A stretch of 64,000 nucleotides of DNA. Origin: Tannerellaceae bacterium. GTDB lineage: Bacteria; Bacteroidota; Bacteroidia; Bacteroidales; Tannerellaceae. The DNA is taken from the NCBI GenBank assembly GCA_031257015.1, contig JAIRPK010000056.1, positions 14,116-78,115 on the forward strand. Direction: 5' to 3'. The notes under the pieces are model-generated. The model had not been told where the DNA came from. It worked only from the letters and a program-made list of their open reading frames with translations, and did no database searches. Position numbers and translations under genes: made by a program. Below, one piece after another: positions 61,717 to 64,000 of this stretch. Positions within the stretch are counted from its first letter, which is position 1. Each line of letters begins with the position of its first letter.

Positions 61717-62970
61717 TTATTCATAGCCGGTTAATTTCAGCGTTGCCGTATTTTTGAAATTCTCCATGTCGGAGACTACAACTTCATCGCCGGCAATAAG
61801 ACCGCTGACAATTTCAACATATTCAAAATTGCTGTCGCCCAGCATGACCTTCCGCTTGATGAGTTCCTTGTTGCTGACGACAAACAGTTCATATTCGCCT
61901 CGCCCGGTATAATATGAGGCGTTCGCGATACGCAACACGTCCTCCTTGATGGCGTTCATAACATAAACGTCCGTCTTCAGTCCTGAGCGCAGCCGCGGGT
62001 GATTATCTTCCTTGAGTTGAACGCTGAAGGCGATGACGCCGTTCTTGGACAGTGGCGTAACGTCGCTAACAGTGCCGGACAGATTCTCTCCGCTAAGCCG
62101 AACGACTGTCCGACATCCGACAGAAATGCGATCGCCGTAACTATCGGCTATCTCTCCCTCAATCTTGAAGTGCGAAAGGTCTGAAACTATCGCCACGCGG
62201 CTGCCTTGTTGCACCTGCGCCCCGATCTCGTTGTTGACATAAGTAAGGATGGCTTTGCGGGGGGAGCGGATTTGCGCGTCTTTCAGCGTTCGGCGAGTTT
62301 CGGACAGGCTTTTTCTGAAAATGTTCAGCTCCAGTTCTTTCACCTTAACATCGGCCTCTGCCAGCTCCAGCTCATTCAAATATTTCTGCTCATCTTCTAC
62401 AAGCTGGAGCCTGGCTACGTTCGCGCTAAATTCAGCCTGACGAACCTTGTCCGTTGTCCCAGCGCCAAGACTGTCGAGATAGCGCTCGTTGCGTAGCTCA
62501 ACTTCCTTCCTGTTTAGCTCCATGCGGGAAACTTTCAGGCGCATGTCCATCTCGGAGAGTTTGCTTCGGCTGGCGAGACGCAATTGTTCGAGCTGTAATA
62601 CTTTCATCTGCTCCTCATCGAGCAGCTTCCGGTAGCCGGTCTCTGCCGTTTGGAGATCGAGCTTTAGAATCGCGTCGCCGGTTTCGACCATGTCGCCGCC
62701 TTTCTTATAAACCTCAATGATACGCGACTGGATAGGTGAATTGACAATCTCTTCAAAGGCCGGAACAACTTTGCCCGAAGCATTTACTGAAATCTCGATC
62801 GTTCCTCTGTCTACAACGGACAACCGCAGGTCCTTCCGGCTGATGCTCGGCTGCATTATAGAGATAAGCAACCGGATGACGAGCGTCAGCGCCACCACTG
62901 CGGATAGGCATTTGATAATTTGCAGATGCAAAGCTTTTCTCTTTTGTTCCTTGGGTATAACTCTGTCCAT
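61717..62970 (-). CDS. Periplasmic adaptor (HlyD/MacA-like)
   Basis: N-terminal TM, ASGKVVP, VETGDAILKL, coiled-coil hairpin, IRSP and GLIAGDEVV. Confidence 0.92.
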   Translation of the reverse strand: MDRVIPKEQKRKALHLQIIKCLSAVVALTLVIRLLISIMQPSISRKDLRLSVVDRGTIEISVNASGKVVPAFEEIVNSPIQSRIIEVYKKGGDMVETGDAILKLDLQTAETGYRKLLDEEQMKVLQLEQLRLASRSKLSEMDMRLKVSRMELNRKEVELRNERYLDSLGAGTTDKVRQAEFSANVARLQLVEDEQKYLNELELAEADVKVKELELNIFRKSLSETRRTLKDAQIRSPRKAILTYVNNEIGAQVQQGSRVAIVSDLSHFKIEGEIADSYGDRISVGCRTVVRLSGENLSGTVSDVTPLSKNGVIAFSVQLKEDNHPRLRSGLKTDVYVMNAIKEDVLRIANASYYTGRGEYELFVVSNKELIKRKVMLGDSNFEYVEIVSGLIAGDEVVVSDMENFKNTATLKLTGYE

Positions 62971-63025
62971 ATTAATCTTTTTGTTGCGTTGACATTCAAA
63001 ATTGCCTTCATTTTGAAGCGCGGAG

Positions 63026-63040
63026 GCAATTGATATGCCA
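63026..63040 (-). promoter_or_regulatory. Sigma-54 -24/-12 promoter of the export operon
   Basis: Minus strand TGGCATATCAATTGC has GG-N10-GC spacing and lies 56 nt upstream of the adaptor ATG. Confidence 0.8.
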
Positions 63041-63083
63041 AAATATTAAACCGTTGATTAACAGAGGAGGCTGGCATACCATC

Positions 63084-63121
63084 CGTTCGTTTCCGAACAC
63101 TCCTGTCCGCTTTTCCGAACA
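63084..63121. promoter_or_regulatory. Candidate enhancer (activator) sites
   Basis: CGTTCG-N4-CGAACA (63084-63099) and TGTCCG-N6-CGAACA (63104-63121); the CGAACA halves are 22 bp apart. Confidence 0.5.
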
Positions 63122-63196
63122 CATCAGGCAATTCATAGCGATTCTTACTCGCTGTTTTCGCCGTTGCGCAGGTAACGGTGAATGAGCGATAACACT

Positions 63197-63292
63197 ATCG
63201 CTACGGACACCCTTGCCTTCGGCTAACGGTTGGTAACTACCGACCTCCGTATTGGACTTGAACCAACAAGTGGGTTGGCATGCTTGGCGAAC
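63197..63292 (-). mobile_element. 96-nt 5' fragment of the same IIC group II intron
   Basis: Minus strand GTTCGCCAAGCATGCCAACCCAC...GTAGCGAT matches 54857-54951 with about 7 differences (hand alignment) and begins at the foot of a terminator hairpin. Confidence 0.88.
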
Positions 63293-63335
63293 AATGAAAA
63301 CGCCCTCTGCGTAATGGCAGAGGGCGTTTTCATTG
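63292..63335 (-). terminator. Intrinsic terminator after the edge gene
   Basis: Perfect 19-bp stem CAATGAAAACGCCCTCTGC / GCAGAGGGCGTTTTCATTG with a 6-nt loop. Confidence 0.88.
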
Positions 63336-63355
63336 TATTTGCAGTTGCTTTCGTA

Positions 63356-64000
63356 TCAGGGCCTGCGAACGCATCTGGCAAAGAGTTTGCCCTTAGTGTA
63401 TTGGGAAGCGTTAATGTTTTTATGCACATAAAAGCTCGTGTTCACAAAACCATTGGAGCCGTTTCCGATATAGTACGCGGCTACTCGCGTATCATAAGTA
63501 TTGATTATGGATGAAGTCCAGTAAATGTTTTTTATGTTACTGTTGTCGCTGTTGATGTTTGGGCCACCGTAATCAACATTGTTCAGCATTAGAATTTCAG
63601 CTGAATCGGGATATAGCTTGGACCACTCAAGCATCTGCTTCATCTCGTCTATTGTCGGCAATCGCCATCTTCTGCCATAAGGATAGGGAGCGGTTTTATC
63701 CGGGACTTGGTTTACGTTCCCTCCGTGATACATTGTACAGCTGTTCGGGCGGAGCTGGTCAGTAGTGCTAGCATCTATTTTCCCCATATATTCATACCAT
63801 GTGCATCCCGGATTCTGGTCTTCCGGCCATACTTCAAAGCCGAAGGTGCCGATTAAGAACGGAAGTCCTCCGTTAAGGTCTTTGTAGTATTTATCTCCGG
63901 TTTCATCCTGGAAGACGAGCTTTATTGTTCCTGCTTTGAGACTCGAATCTAGCCGGTAGTCCTTAAGAGTAAATTCGACGGAGTCCTTTTTAAGTATTCC
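63356..64000 (-). CDS. C-terminal part of a protein ending in a C-type-lectin-like (DUF1566/Lcl/Fib_succ_major-type) domain; 5' end off the window
   Basis: The frame is open to base 64000 (hand translation GILKKDSVEF...). WRLPTIDEM, IYWTSS and terminal ARCVRRP motifs are present. Confidence 0.7.
   Translation of the reverse strand, partial: GILKKDSVEFTLKDYRLDSSLKAGTIKLVFQDETGDKYYKDLNGGLPFLIGTFGFEVWPEDQNPGCTWYEYMGKIDASTTDQLRPNSCTMYHGGNVNQVPDKTAPYPYGRRWRLPTIDEMKQMLEWSKLYPDSAEILMLNNVDYGGPNINSDNSNIKNIYWTSSIINTYDTRVAAYYIGNGSNGFVNTSFYVHKNINASQYTKGKLFARCVRRP

Noticed and set aside
8654-62720. Numerous long antisense or alternate-frame ORFs in the track (for example 8654-9124, 17770-18609, 20784-21398, 58246-58824)
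   Set aside because: They shadow well-supported genes in GC-rich coding sequence and show no motifs of their own.

Overview
Chromosomal window from a Bacteroidales-type bacterium, judged from TAnnTTTG promoters, lack of Shine-Dalgarno-type starts, T9SS/type V pilus genes and gene order. Core genes: str/S10 ribosomal operon (rpsL to partial rplB), DUF1573-DUF1573-meaB, recR-GT2-GNAT-uvrD, aspS, an M16 peptidase coupled to a sigma-54 response regulator and histidine kinase, M23/LysM, queH, sugar-nucleotide and glycosyltransferase genes, a C10 protease, typA, SurA/PpiD-like PPIase, rlmN and a MacAB-TolC-like export operon. Accessory and non-coding features: (1) at least six mutually unrelated intergenic tandem arrays with periods of 21, 41, 42 or 168 bp, all close to whole DNA helical turns, five with palindromic unit cores; (2) a perfect 24-bp inverted repeat pair enclosing a TATATTTG promoter box, a candidate invertible promoter; (3) five tandem Mfa1/FimA-like pilin paralogs in two promoter units; (4) two decayed class IIC group II intron pieces in inverted orientation around the export operon; (5) a sigma-54 -24/-12 promoter on that operon, with its likely activator about 40 kb away; (6) a marked GC decline along the ribosomal operon. 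No CRISPR array, tRNA, rRNA, intact transposase or recombinase was seen. All family assignments come from motif recognition by eye, not database searches.
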